From Myxococcota bacterium (lineage in GTDB: Bacteria > Myxococcota_A > UBA9160 > SZUA-336): a stretch of 64,000 nucleotides of DNA. This document shows, in pieces, positions 49,501 through 57,750 of the stretch. The notes under the pieces are model-generated. The model did not search any database. It was not told the DNA's origin and worked only from the letters and a program-made list of their open reading frames with translations. The translations under genes and the position numbers were made by a program. The stretch lies in the NCBI GenBank assembly GCA_965247115.1, contig CBDFGR010000003.1, positions 224,001 through 288,000 on the forward strand. The letters run 5' to 3'. How positions within the stretch are numbered: the first letter of the stretch is position 1; the number at the start of each line of letters is the position of its first letter.

Positions 49501-49950
49501 GGGCTGGAGCACGAGATCGCGGGGACCATTCGCAAGGGCGGCGAGTGGATGGTCGCCTTCGCGCAGGTTCGCGCACCCATCTTTTCGGTGCTCATGCGGC
49601 GGAGCTTCGGCGTGGCCGGCAACAACTTCGCCACGCCGCTCTCTCGGGCATCGATGCGCGTGACGTGGCCGGCGGCGGACGTCGGCGGCATCCCTCCGGA
49701 AGGGGGCATCGAGGCCGCCTACAAGCGCCAGCTGGCGGAGGCGGATGACCCCAAGGCGCTTCGGGCGGAGATCGAGGCGCGGATCGAGGGTGCACGTGGA
49801 CCCTTGGGGCCGCTCTCCAAGTTCCAGATCGAGGAGATGATCGACCCCAGAGATACGCGGCGCCTGATCTGTGAGTGGGTCGAGACGGCGTACAAGATCG
49901 TCTCGGAGCCCGCGGGACTCGTGCCCCGACCGCTGCAGTTTCGGCCGTAG
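46519..49950 (+). CDS. Second single-chain acyl-CoA carboxylase (BC-BCCP-CT)
   Basis: ANRGEIA, HPGYGFLAEN, NPRIQVEH, STMKM biotin motif, CT domain; GTG start after AGGAGG. Confidence 0.9.
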   Translation: MALHKRVLIANRGEIAIRIAKAASALGMESVGVYAPADALSLHTRFTTESFEISARGAATDPVRAYLDAEALMRVAKASGCDCVHPGYGFLAENAAFADRCASAGLVFIGPSPATLSLFGDKLRARALAQSLEIPVVPGSVEALASSNEASSSADDLGYPVMLKASFGGGGRGMREVENTEQLSEAFARCRSEAEAAFGDGSVFVEKLIARPRHIEVQVLADAHGSVVHLHERDCSVQLRNQKVVEIAPAPGLDCALRDRILADAIKLVGAARYVNAGTVEFLVSPETGKHYFIECNPRIQVEHTVTEQVTGIDLVEAQFHVASGASLESLGLGDQDAVGDPRGFAVQVRVVAQGTGTITGYKEPSGAGVRVDACGYMGYSPPPQFDPLLAKLIGSSSSASSFVSAVGRTLAALAEFHLAGLPTNLAQLRAILSHPGFRAGDARTSFLREQPEILRTGLSSSSESDALAFFEQQASSVGVSARAAARSSTGSPLAPLEVVDGQQRVECPIAGSVIEVRLRAGDAVAAGDPLLIISTMKMETAVTATCSGTLTAVQSLREGDNVVAGQVVAVITPTEGDSRGHTPAQPREESWAGVLEEIATLQNLAHARLAPGSDDPGVVRQRRRGKLTCRERIALLLDEGSFREVGSVAGFASYDENGTAVDFTPANHVGGWGRLDGRTAIVCADDFTSRGGHADGAIGAKSMYLDRLSLELRSPAVRMLDGSSGGGSVAAMVPQQKQEGESGAKESRGAIKAGRPRVAGGGGSFLPGHLGSAQYTEQLFTVPVVNMLLGSVVGIGAAKAVLGHFSVMVRDIAQLFVAGPPVVSHAMGYDITKEDLGGWHIHCKNGSVDNLAETEEEAAEMAKRFLSYLPSSVYEPPPVLPPDPSDPPDRRAEELLNLIPRKRTTTFDMRRAIRLMADADSFFELGPLWGTDQITGFVRFNGHPLGVIASDSRHENGGALTADGCDKLTRHLDLCDLFHVPILNLIDNPGFAVGLEHEIAGTIRKGGEWMVAFAQVRAPIFSVLMRRSFGVAGNNFATPLSRASMRVTWPAADVGGIPPEGGIEAAYKRQLAEADDPKALRAEIEARIEGARGPLGPLSKFQIEEMIDPRDTRRLICEWVETAYKIVSEPAGLVPRPLQFRP

Positions 49951-49955
49951 GCCCC

Positions 49956-51005
49956 ATGGCATCGGAGATGCGCAACGCTGCTCACGCGGCCGGAGCTCAG
50001 AGACGGATGTCCCCGTGGCCCCTTGAGCTCGCGAGCTGGCTCCCGCTGCCGAGCCTCACCGTGTCGCTCGGTGTAGGCGGCGTGACCCTGACGTGCTTCG
50101 TGGCTTCAGGCGCCTGGTTTCCTGAGGACTACTCGCCGCTGTGGAGCTCGTCTCGCCAGATCACAGGCATGGCGCTCACCTTCGTGCTGCTCCTGACCTA
50201 CCTGTCCGGCTTCTTTATCTACACGTCGTCGAAGACGCTTGCGTACGTGGAGGAGTTGCGTCCCTCGTTCGTCGGGGCCGAGGCGGATGCGCTGGTAGTC
50301 CGGCTGAACCAGTTGAGGCCGTCGCACTACTACCTCGCCACCGCGGCCGGGGTCGTCCTCGGCATCTTCAACATCGATTGGCGCGCATTTCGCGGCATCG
50401 GGAACCTGCCTCACTGGCCCATGGACCTCTGCCTCACGCTCGGGTCCATGCTGGTCTGGATCTTCGTCGCGCAGATCATCTACAGCCGTGCCCACAACGC
50501 CGTCCTGCTGTCACGCCTGGGACGCGAGCACGTAGTCATCGACCTGTATCGAATCGCCTCCTTGAAGCCCTTCGCGCGCATTGGGATCCTGGACGTGCTG
50601 CTCACCATGGGCGCTCTCGCGATCACCCCACTGCAAGCGCTGGATGCAGAGTTCCGACTCTTCAACTACTCGTTCGGCTTCTCGATCGGATTGCCTGCTG
50701 CCCTCTTCCTGCTGGTCAGCCCGATGTGGGGCATTCACCGACGGCTGCGAGACGAGAAGGCCCGTGAGGTCGCAGAGCTCGAGTCCAGCATTGCAACGGC
50801 GAGGCGCGGGCACGCTGCGGATGCGATCGTGCACCTAAACGCTCTCCTCGAGCGACGTGGGTACGTCCAGGCCCTGCACCCCTGGCCGATGGATCTGAGG
50901 AGCGTGTCGCGGGTGGGGTTCTATCTGGTCATTCCCCCACTCGCGTGGATCGGGGCGGCGCTGGTGGAGATGGCCGTTCAGGCATTCATCGGCGCGAACG
51001 TATAG
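49956..51005 (+). CDS. Multi-pass membrane protein of unknown function
   Basis: About seven hydrophobic segments; start uncertain. Confidence 0.7.
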   Translation: MASEMRNAAHAAGAQRRMSPWPLELASWLPLPSLTVSLGVGGVTLTCFVASGAWFPEDYSPLWSSSRQITGMALTFVLLLTYLSGFFIYTSSKTLAYVEELRPSFVGAEADALVVRLNQLRPSHYYLATAAGVVLGIFNIDWRAFRGIGNLPHWPMDLCLTLGSMLVWIFVAQIIYSRAHNAVLLSRLGREHVVIDLYRIASLKPFARIGILDVLLTMGALAITPLQALDAEFRLFNYSFGFSIGLPAALFLLVSPMWGIHRRLRDEKAREVAELESSIATARRGHAADAIVHLNALLERRGYVQALHPWPMDLRSVSRVGFYLVIPPLAWIGAALVEMAVQAFIGANV

Positions 51006-51024
51006 CTCGGTCCCTTGTGATCGC

Positions 51025-51960
51025 TCAGAAGATGGCGACGGGGTTCACGGGCGAGCCCGTACCGCGCTCGATCTGGAGCGGGGCCACGATCAGGAAAAAC
51101 TCCCAGCGCTCCCGTGTCGCACAGGCCGAGGCCAGCAGATCGAGCCGCAGGTTGTCCAGCAGATGCACCCCCATCGCAACCAGCGTGCACTGGTGAATCG
51201 GCATCGGCCAGCCCTCGGCATCGCCGTTCGGGATGGCGTCCGAGACCCCGTCACAGCCCAGCACCGCGATCCGCCGCTCGTGCAGCCAGGGCACGCAGCT
51301 GCCATCGAGGCCCGCCAGGCCATCCAGCGGAGGCCAGGTACCCATGGCTGCACGCCGGGCGTCGCGGCCCGTCCCCACGAGCAGGATGTCCCCCTCCTCC
51401 ACGCGCACGTTCTGGGCCCGTTCGGCGGCGTCGAGCTCTTCCGGGCGGATCCGCTCGCCGATCTCGAGCCACTCCACCCCGCGCAGTCGCGGGATGTCGA
51501 GCAGAACCCCGCGGCTCGCGATGCCGTCCTTTGCGGCGATGATGCTGTTTCGAAGCGCGCCGATGCTCTTCACGTCGCTGGCGTCGAAGCCGTTGTACAT
51601 CTTCTTGTTGACGAACACGTGGCAGAGCGCGTCGATGTGCGAGACCGCCATGCCGTGGAAGGCGACACCGATGTAGTCCATGGCCGCCTCCAGGCCCGGG
51701 ATCCCCGTACTCGTGCACGCATCTCCTGCCACGACCATCATGTGCTGCGCCGGGTTCGGGTTGTCGACCGCCGGCCGGGTCGGGAACGTGAGCGAGCAGC
51801 TCACGGACTCTCCGTCCTGGACGAGCGCCGCTCCCATCGCGCGCTTCTTCGGCGTGATGTAGTTCAGCGCCCCGCGCTCGTCGCTCGCACCCCACTTCCC
51901 CCAGTTCTTGACGTCTTCGAAGATCTTCTCGAAGTCGCTCACGCTCAGATTCTCAGCCAT
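51025..51960 (-). CDS. Cyclase family (kynurenine formamidase-like) metal hydrolase
   Basis: NWGKWG, HGMAVSHIDALCH, RGVLLD, GTGSPVNP. Confidence 0.9.
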   Translation of the reverse strand: MAENLSVSDFEKIFEDVKNWGKWGASDERGALNYITPKKRAMGAALVQDGESVSCSLTFPTRPAVDNPNPAQHMMVVAGDACTSTGIPGLEAAMDYIGVAFHGMAVSHIDALCHVFVNKKMYNGFDASDVKSIGALRNSIIAAKDGIASRGVLLDIPRLRGVEWLEIGERIRPEELDAAERAQNVRVEEGDILLVGTGRDARRAAMGTWPPLDGLAGLDGSCVPWLHERRIAVLGCDGVSDAIPNGDAEGWPMPIHQCTLVAMGVHLLDNLRLDLLASACATRERWEFFLIVAPLQIERGTGSPVNPVAIF

Positions 51961-52049
51961 GACTGTCTCCTTCGCGGGTTTCATGCGGTCCTTCTGCGGC
52001 TGCGCCACACCATCGTACAGCGCCCGCGCAGAGCGCGTACAATTTCAGC

Positions 52050-52421
52050 ATGGCACGGGCTCGGAACCCGCTCGACCGCTTGCGGAAGATCATCGGCGCT
52101 TGGCCGGAAACGGACGAACGCCTCTCGCACGGCGCACCCACCTTCTGGGGCGGCAAGAGGACGTTCGCAAGCTTTCACGTGGATCATCACGGAGACGGTC
52201 GTGTGGCCGTGTGGTGCAAGGCTCTGGCCGAGTTCCAGCAAGACCTCGTGGACACCGACCCCGAGATCTTCTTCGTTCCGCCATACGTCGGTCCCAGCGG
52301 GTGGGTGGGCATCCGCCTCGATCGCGATGTCGACTGGGAGCTAGTCGCCGAGGTGCTGGAGGAAGGCTATCGGCTCGTAGCTCCCAGGCGCGCTCTTGCG
52401 CAGCTGGACACCGAAGCGTGA
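52050..52421 (+). CDS. MmcQ/YjbR family protein
   Basis: SHGAPTF, DHHGDGR, FFVPPYVGPSGWVG, YRLVAP. Confidence 0.85.
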   Translation: MARARNPLDRLRKIIGAWPETDERLSHGAPTFWGGKRTFASFHVDHHGDGRVAVWCKALAEFQQDLVDTDPEIFFVPPYVGPSGWVGIRLDRDVDWELVAEVLEEGYRLVAPRRALAQLDTEA

Positions 52422-52512
52422 CAACTCCTCCGGGGAAGTTCGTGTCGATCGCTGCACCAGTGCAGCTTGCGTATTGCATAGCAATCGGCGTGGCGGGTGG
52501 TACTTTCGCGCC

Positions 52513-52728
52513 ATGAAACGTCTACTCGTTCTCGCCGTGCCCCTGTTCGCCCTCTCGTGCAGCATCTCGCCGGTCGTTACGGATCGCGATAATTCGGATC
52601 CCCGTTTCGAGAGCTGCCGGAGCGCTGCTCGCGACTACTGCAAACACGCCCTGGACACGCCCGAGAGCCAGATGAAGGCATGCGTCGCGAGGAGCGCGTT
52701 CGAGTGCACCAGCGGAGGTGCATCCTAG
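52513..52728 (+). CDS. Small Cys-rich lipoprotein
   Basis: MKR, hydrophobic stretch and ALSC lipobox; four further Cys. Confidence 0.65.
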   Translation: MKRLLVLAVPLFALSCSISPVVTDRDNSDPRFESCRSAARDYCKHALDTPESQMKACVARSAFECTSGGAS

Positions 52729-52750
52729 CGGCGCTCTGGCGAGCGCCTCC

Positions 52751-53197
52751 TCACGTTTCGACCAGCTCCTGGAACAACGTCCGAGCCAGCTCCATGCGGC
52801 TGATGCCCTTTGGGGCAACCTTCATATCGAGGCGCGCACTCTCGAGATCGAAGTCCGCGTTGCGGAAGTCACTCGCGGACAGGCCGTTGGCCTCGAGGTA
52901 CTCGCGGAGCTCGTCATCCGACATATCGAAGCGCCTGGCCACCGCTGCGCGCTCCTGTCGGGCGTACCCTTCCCGTTCCGTGATCCCGAGCAGTGCGCAG
53001 AACACGCTGAACGGGCTCAGCTCGAGCAGCTCGGGCACGCTCTCGCCATGAGACCTGCCCTCGGGGGCAGCAGTCGAAGGGCGTGGGCTCCTGTCCCGCG
53101 GCGCGTCCCGTCTCGAACGAGAGCGGCCTCGCCTGCGCTGTCGTCTTGGTCCGTCCACTGGTCCTCTTGGACTTCGTCCGGGGGGAGGTCCTCTCAT
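52751..53197 (-). CDS. Hypothetical protein (Arg-rich disordered N-terminus, folded C-domain)
   Basis: Protein-like C-domain FSVFCALLGIT...VARRF...DFDLESARLD; follows gpgS. Confidence 0.6.
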   Translation of the reverse strand: MRGPPPGRSPRGPVDGPRRQRRRGRSRSRRDAPRDRSPRPSTAAPEGRSHGESVPELLELSPFSVFCALLGITEREGYARQERAAVARRFDMSDDELREYLEANGLSASDFRNADFDLESARLDMKVAPKGISRMELARTLFQELVET

Positions 53198-53234
53198 CGA
53201 CCAGTTCGGAGCTTTGCTGGATGCAAAACCCCGC

Positions 53235-54446
53235 TCAGCTCCTGCGGTCGAGCTCCACGGCATAGCGCAGATCCGCCATGAACTCTGGGAACGCGGCGAT
53301 GACACGATGCCAGTTCGGGATCAGGGGCCTGCGCATGGGATCTCGCACGAACTCGAGCCCAGCCGCGCGGAGCCCAGTCGTGAAGGTCTCGACCATGAGC
53401 TCCTCGTAGTGCTGATCGAAGTGCAAACCGTTGATCAGGGCCTCGTCCGCATAGGCGGATACGGTGTCCTGCGCCTGCCGCAGATAGGCGGCACCCAGCG
53501 TATTCAGGAAGCCGGCGTCGAACTGCACTCCTCTGCTCGCGAGGTTCTGAAACAGAGATGTGGCAATGTCGATCACCATTCGATGTAGCCCGCGAGAGGG
53601 GTCCTCCGGAGACAGCTCCTGGTGTCTGTGGTCGTAGTTGTCGCAGAGCTCCACCTGACAAACGCGCTGCGGCGAGGCGTTGCGGAGCACCTCGGCCATC
53701 AGGCCGACCTCCAGCCCCCAGTCGCTGGGGATCCGGATCTGGCGAGCGAGGTCGACCTTGAGCGCGAACTCCCCGGCCAGCGGGTAGCGGAAGCTGTCGA
53801 TGAACTCGAGCAGCGGCAGGGAGCCAAGCGTCTGCTTCAAGGAACGAACGAGGGGCGTGACAAAGAGTCGGGTCGCCCGGCCGTGCAGCCGATCCGTCGC
53901 GCGCCCGTAGTAGCCCTTGCAGTAGTCGTAGTCGAGGTTGGGGTGAACGACCGGAAAGCACAGCCTGGCAAGGAAATCGGCCTCATACGTAGCCACGTCG
54001 CAGTCGTGAAAGACCAGCGCTTGGGCCACCCCATCCGAGAGCGCGTACCCGGCCCCGATCCAGACGGCCCGACCCTTGCCATCGGGTCCCGGCGCGAGCC
54101 TGTTCTCGTGCAGGCGTTCGAGAAGCTCTCCGACCGTCGGGCCCCCTCCCCAGATGCAAACCGCTTCTGGAACGGAGCGAAAGAACTTCTGCACGTCGTG
54201 AAATCCCGACGCATCGCAGGCTCCCGAAACGCTGACCACAACCTGGTGCAGGTACGGGACGCGCCGCAGCACTTCGACGATGTGCGCGAGCGCCGGAGCT
54301 TGGATCTCCGTGTGCAGGCAGGGCAGAACGAGGGTAACGGGTCGTTCGCGCGAGAAGTGCTTGAGCTCCGCCTCAAGACGTTCCAACGCTGGAGGTCCCA
54401 GCCGGTGGAGCGTCGTGATGAGCCCGGTCTGATGAAAATCGCTCAC
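53235..54446 (-). CDS. gpgS: Glucosyl-3-phosphoglycerate synthase
   Basis: MSDFHQTGLITTLH, GKGRAVW, HDCD, YPLAGEF, DWGLEVG, YDHRHQ. Confidence 0.8.
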   Translation of the reverse strand: MSDFHQTGLITTLHRLGPPALERLEAELKHFSRERPVTLVLPCLHTEIQAPALAHIVEVLRRVPYLHQVVVSVSGACDASGFHDVQKFFRSVPEAVCIWGGGPTVGELLERLHENRLAPGPDGKGRAVWIGAGYALSDGVAQALVFHDCDVATYEADFLARLCFPVVHPNLDYDYCKGYYGRATDRLHGRATRLFVTPLVRSLKQTLGSLPLLEFIDSFRYPLAGEFALKVDLARQIRIPSDWGLEVGLMAEVLRNASPQRVCQVELCDNYDHRHQELSPEDPSRGLHRMVIDIATSLFQNLASRGVQFDAGFLNTLGAAYLRQAQDTVSAYADEALINGLHFDQHYEELMVETFTTGLRAAGLEFVRDPMRRPLIPNWHRVIAAFPEFMADLRYAVELDRRS

Positions 54447-54510
54447 GTCGGCGCCAGCTTAGCGGTTGCAGGGTGGAATGACTACGATGCCCCCGATGGC
54501 CGTGGGGGGA

Positions 54511-55464
54511 ATGGCTGCAGCGCGCAGGCGCAAGATCGGATTGGCGCTGGGCGCTGGTGGCGCGCGCGGCTTCGCTCACATCGGCGTGTTGCGCGGGCTT
54601 GCGGAAGCAGAAATTCCGGTCGACGCGATCGCCGGCAGCAGCATCGGCGCTCTCATCGGGGCCGTCTATGCTGCGGGCCAGCTCGAGAACTTCGAGCGCC
54701 AGGTGCTCGACCTGGATTGGTCGGACATCGTGCGTATCTTCGACCCGGTCTGGCCGCGCTCGGGACTGATCTCCGGTGAGCGCGCGATCACGTGGCTACA
54801 GGGGCTCATCGGCGATTGGAAGATCGAGGACCTGGCCATTCCCTTCGTCGCAGTGAGTGTCGACCTCATCACCGGGGAGGAAGTCCTGATCCATGAGGGG
54901 CGCGTCACGGATGCGATCCGGGCAAGCATCTCGATTCCCGGCATCTTCGTGCCGCAGCGCGCGGGCCGACGTCTGCTGGTCGACGGCGCGCTGCGAAATC
55001 CCGTCCCGATCTCGGCCCTCTCCGCACTCGGTGTAGACATGAGCATCGCGGTGAACCTGCACGGCCAGCCGGTACGAGAGCTCTCGCGGCCCTCCGCACG
55101 CAGCTCCTGGACGCCTCGGACCAGCGTAGGCCAGCGGGCCGGAGAGATGGTCGAGCGCGGCCTCGCTCGTTTCTGGCGTCGCGGAAAGGCGACCGCAGAG
55201 GCCGAAGAAGGCGGCCCAAACCTCTTCGAGATCTTGACCGCATCCATGACGGTCATCGAGCACGAGCTCGCGCTGCACCGCCTGGCACGGGAACCCGCCG
55301 ACGTGGTGATCGAGCCCGACGTGCACTCGATCCGTTCCCTCGAGTTTCAGAAGGCACGCAAGGCAATTCAGGCGGGGCTGCGTCAGACGAGAGAGCAGAC
55401 AGAGGAAATTCGCGCCGCGGCCAGAAAGCGTGCCAGGCGGACACGGACCGAAACGCTCTCCTGA
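54511..55464 (+). CDS. Patatin-like phospholipase (RssA/NTE family)
   Basis: GAGGARG, GSSIG, VDGAL. Confidence 0.9.
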   Translation: MAAARRRKIGLALGAGGARGFAHIGVLRGLAEAEIPVDAIAGSSIGALIGAVYAAGQLENFERQVLDLDWSDIVRIFDPVWPRSGLISGERAITWLQGLIGDWKIEDLAIPFVAVSVDLITGEEVLIHEGRVTDAIRASISIPGIFVPQRAGRRLLVDGALRNPVPISALSALGVDMSIAVNLHGQPVRELSRPSARSSWTPRTSVGQRAGEMVERGLARFWRRGKATAEAEEGGPNLFEILTASMTVIEHELALHRLAREPADVVIEPDVHSIRSLEFQKARKAIQAGLRQTREQTEEIRAAARKRARRTRTETLS

Positions 55465-55477
55465 GCGCGGAGTCGAG

Positions 55478-55840
55478 CTACAAGACCTCTTCCGACTCGG
55501 GAAGGACGTCGCGCAGCAGCTCCTGAGTCTCAGAGTCGACGTCGATGAAGCTGAGCGCGACCTCCTGCGAGAAGGCGTCGAGCTCGGTCACCCGGACCAG
55601 AGTCCCCACCACGCTGACCGTCCTGTCGCTCAGATTCAGCTGCACCCGCACGGTCTCGCCCGGATCGAGCTCCAGGCCCACGCACTGAAAGCGCACGCCA
55701 GCCATCGAGAGGTCCAATGCGTGAGCCAGCCCTCGGGGTCTGGAAACGCGCTCGATCGACACGACCGACTCCGTCATCACTCGCGGATACTTCCGGCGGT
55801 CGAAGCTTTGATCCGTCTTCACGAGGGTGCCTTCCGGCAC
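55478..55840 (-). CDS. Stand-alone PilZ-domain protein
   Basis: DRRKYPR and DLSMAG c-di-GMP motifs; start 55840 or 55822. Confidence 0.85.
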   Translation of the reverse strand: MPEGTLVKTDQSFDRRKYPRVMTESVVSIERVSRPRGLAHALDLSMAGVRFQCVGLELDPGETVRVQLNLSDRTVSVVGTLVRVTELDAFSQEVALSFIDVDSETQELLRDVLPESEEVL

Positions 55841-55885
55841 CTCTCTTCGGGCGGATCGCAGCGGCGACTTTAGCGGCGGAAGACG

Positions 55886-56935
55886 CTAGAAGAGACGGAG
55901 CTGGCGAGCGTCACTCTCGCGGCCGCCCGCGCGAAGATTGGAGACCTGCAGGCGCAGGCGGCGCACGTGTCGCGCTCCCGCCTGCGCGCGCACGAGCAGC
56001 TGCAGGGCCGCCTCGCCGATCTCGGTCTGTCCATCGATCGCTTCGTCTACCGTCTGCGTGCGCGTCATCTGGGTCCCGTCGACGTAGGACAATCCCAGTG
56101 TCACGGTGCGGGCGGCACGCCGTTCCCGTGTCAGCATCCCTTCGAGCTCGGCGGCGAGCTCGAGCAGCTCATCGCCGAGTGAGCGCAGGTCCAGCGTCGC
56201 CTCGGACAGCGTGCGCTCCCGCGACAGGGACTTTGCGGGCGGTCGCGGGCGCAGCGGCGCAACGTCCTCGCCAAGCGCCAGCGAGCGGAAGGTGGCGGCG
56301 TTGCGCCCGGCAAGCTGCTCGAGCTCTTCCTGCGGGATTCGTTGAAGATCACCGATCGAGTCGAGGCCGCTCGCGGCGAGCTTCTTTGCCGTCGCTGGAC
56401 CCAGTCCCCAGATCTCGGTTAGGGAGAAGCGACTGAGAAAGCTGAGCGCCTCGTCAGGCTTGACCTCGCGGATGCCGCCCGGACCGGGGTGCCGAGCGCC
56501 CAGATACGCGACGAAGCGCGTCGGCCCGATGCCCGCAACGGAGTGCAAGCCGAGCTCCGCCTGCATGTGCACGCAGAGCTCGGCGGCGAGCGGCAGCGCT
56601 TCGAGCTGCGGCGGCACCTCGAGAAAGGTTCCGTCTACGCCGAATTCCTCGATCCGATCCGTGGTCGCGCGCAGCAGCGCGCGGGTCTCCGCCGCCACCG
56701 CGCGGTACCGCTTGAGTCGGGTGCGCCGAAACATGGCGTCAGGACAGCGTTCGAGCGCTTCGCGCGCCTCCATTCCTTCCACAACGCCGCGCTTGCGCGC
56801 CTCGACGCTCACGCCCGTCACGCTGCCGCGTTTGCGCGGATCACCGCCGACCACGACGGGCCGGCCGCGCAGCTCGTGGTTGTCCGCCTGCTCTACCGCT
56901 GCGTAGAAGCCGGGGATGTGGATGAAGATGATCAT
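55886..56935 (-). CDS. DinB-like Y-family polymerase homolog with a degenerate active site
   Basis: FYAAVEQ, LRGRPVVVGG, EARKRGV, IWGLGP, KSLSRERT, C-terminal QLRLF; catalytic acids substituted. Confidence 0.85.
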   Translation of the reverse strand: MIIFIHIPGFYAAVEQADNHELRGRPVVVGGDPRKRGSVTGVSVEARKRGVVEGMEAREALERCPDAMFRRTRLKRYRAVAAETRALLRATTDRIEEFGVDGTFLEVPPQLEALPLAAELCVHMQAELGLHSVAGIGPTRFVAYLGARHPGPGGIREVKPDEALSFLSRFSLTEIWGLGPATAKKLAASGLDSIGDLQRIPQEELEQLAGRNAATFRSLALGEDVAPLRPRPPAKSLSRERTLSEATLDLRSLGDELLELAAELEGMLTRERRAARTVTLGLSYVDGTQMTRTQTVDEAIDGQTEIGEAALQLLVRAQAGARHVRRLRLQVSNLRAGGRESDARQLRLF

Positions 56936-56944
56936 TCGCGCGGC

Positions 56945-57750
56945 CTACTCTCGAGACGGACGCAGTTCCCAGGATCCGACTCGATGATAGGCGACGTCGC
57001 TCTCGTGTATCCAGAGGGTCTGGGGACTGCCCGCCAGCCAGGCAGCGAGCCCGTCGTCGTAGTGCTCGCTACCGGAGTGGCCAGATTGCCCCCCGGCCAG
57101 GCCGAACTGCGCATGACCCGGATCCGCCAGATCGACCGCGTATCGCAGTCCGGGGCCCACGTAGGCGCCTTTGCGCAGGAGCTCGCCGTGATACATCGTC
57201 CAGATCGAATCGGGATCCCCACCGACGGGATGTGGACCCCGACCCAGGGCTCGACCCAGCCAACGGATGCGACCGTGGCCGAGCTGCTCGAAAGCATGGC
57301 GGAGCCGCAGCTGATGGAGCGCCCCCCAACCCCAGCGGCCGGGATTCGTGCCGACCTCGGCCTGCAAAAAACGCCACGTCTTCACCAGCGCCAACTCCAC
57401 CACCGCGGTCGTTGCCGCCGGGCGTGCTCGATCCAGAAGGCGCTCTAGGATGACACCCGGCAAGGGCTCAGAAGCGGCCAGGATCTCGTCCCCCCAGTCT
57501 GAGCCCAGACGCGCGTTGAGCAGCTCGCGGGTCAGCTCGTGACGGAAGACGTGGTACACGAGCGCTCCCCGCGAGGCCGTGTCCGTTCGACCGTCCCACT
57601 CGCGCAGAATCGTCCGCAGTGTGACGGCATTTGCAGACTTCAGCTCGACAGCATCGAAGAGCTCGCGGACGACATGTCGGCCGCGCTCCGACTCCTGCTC
57701 TCGCTGCAGCGCGAGCACGCGAGCGAGCTCGAACGGTGGGCCCTCGCCTA
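56945..57750 (-). pseudogene. Penicillin acylase (peptidase S45) 3' fragment truncated by the IS
   Basis: LREWDG, WGWGALH, GPGLRYAVDL, GGQSGHSGSEHYDD; 5' two-thirds absent. Confidence 0.85.

Noticed and set aside
55845..55872. Sigma-28 promoter for the second PilZ gene (TAAAG-N17-CCGAA)
   Set aside because: Spacer 1-2 nt too long and a -10 mismatch; suggestive only
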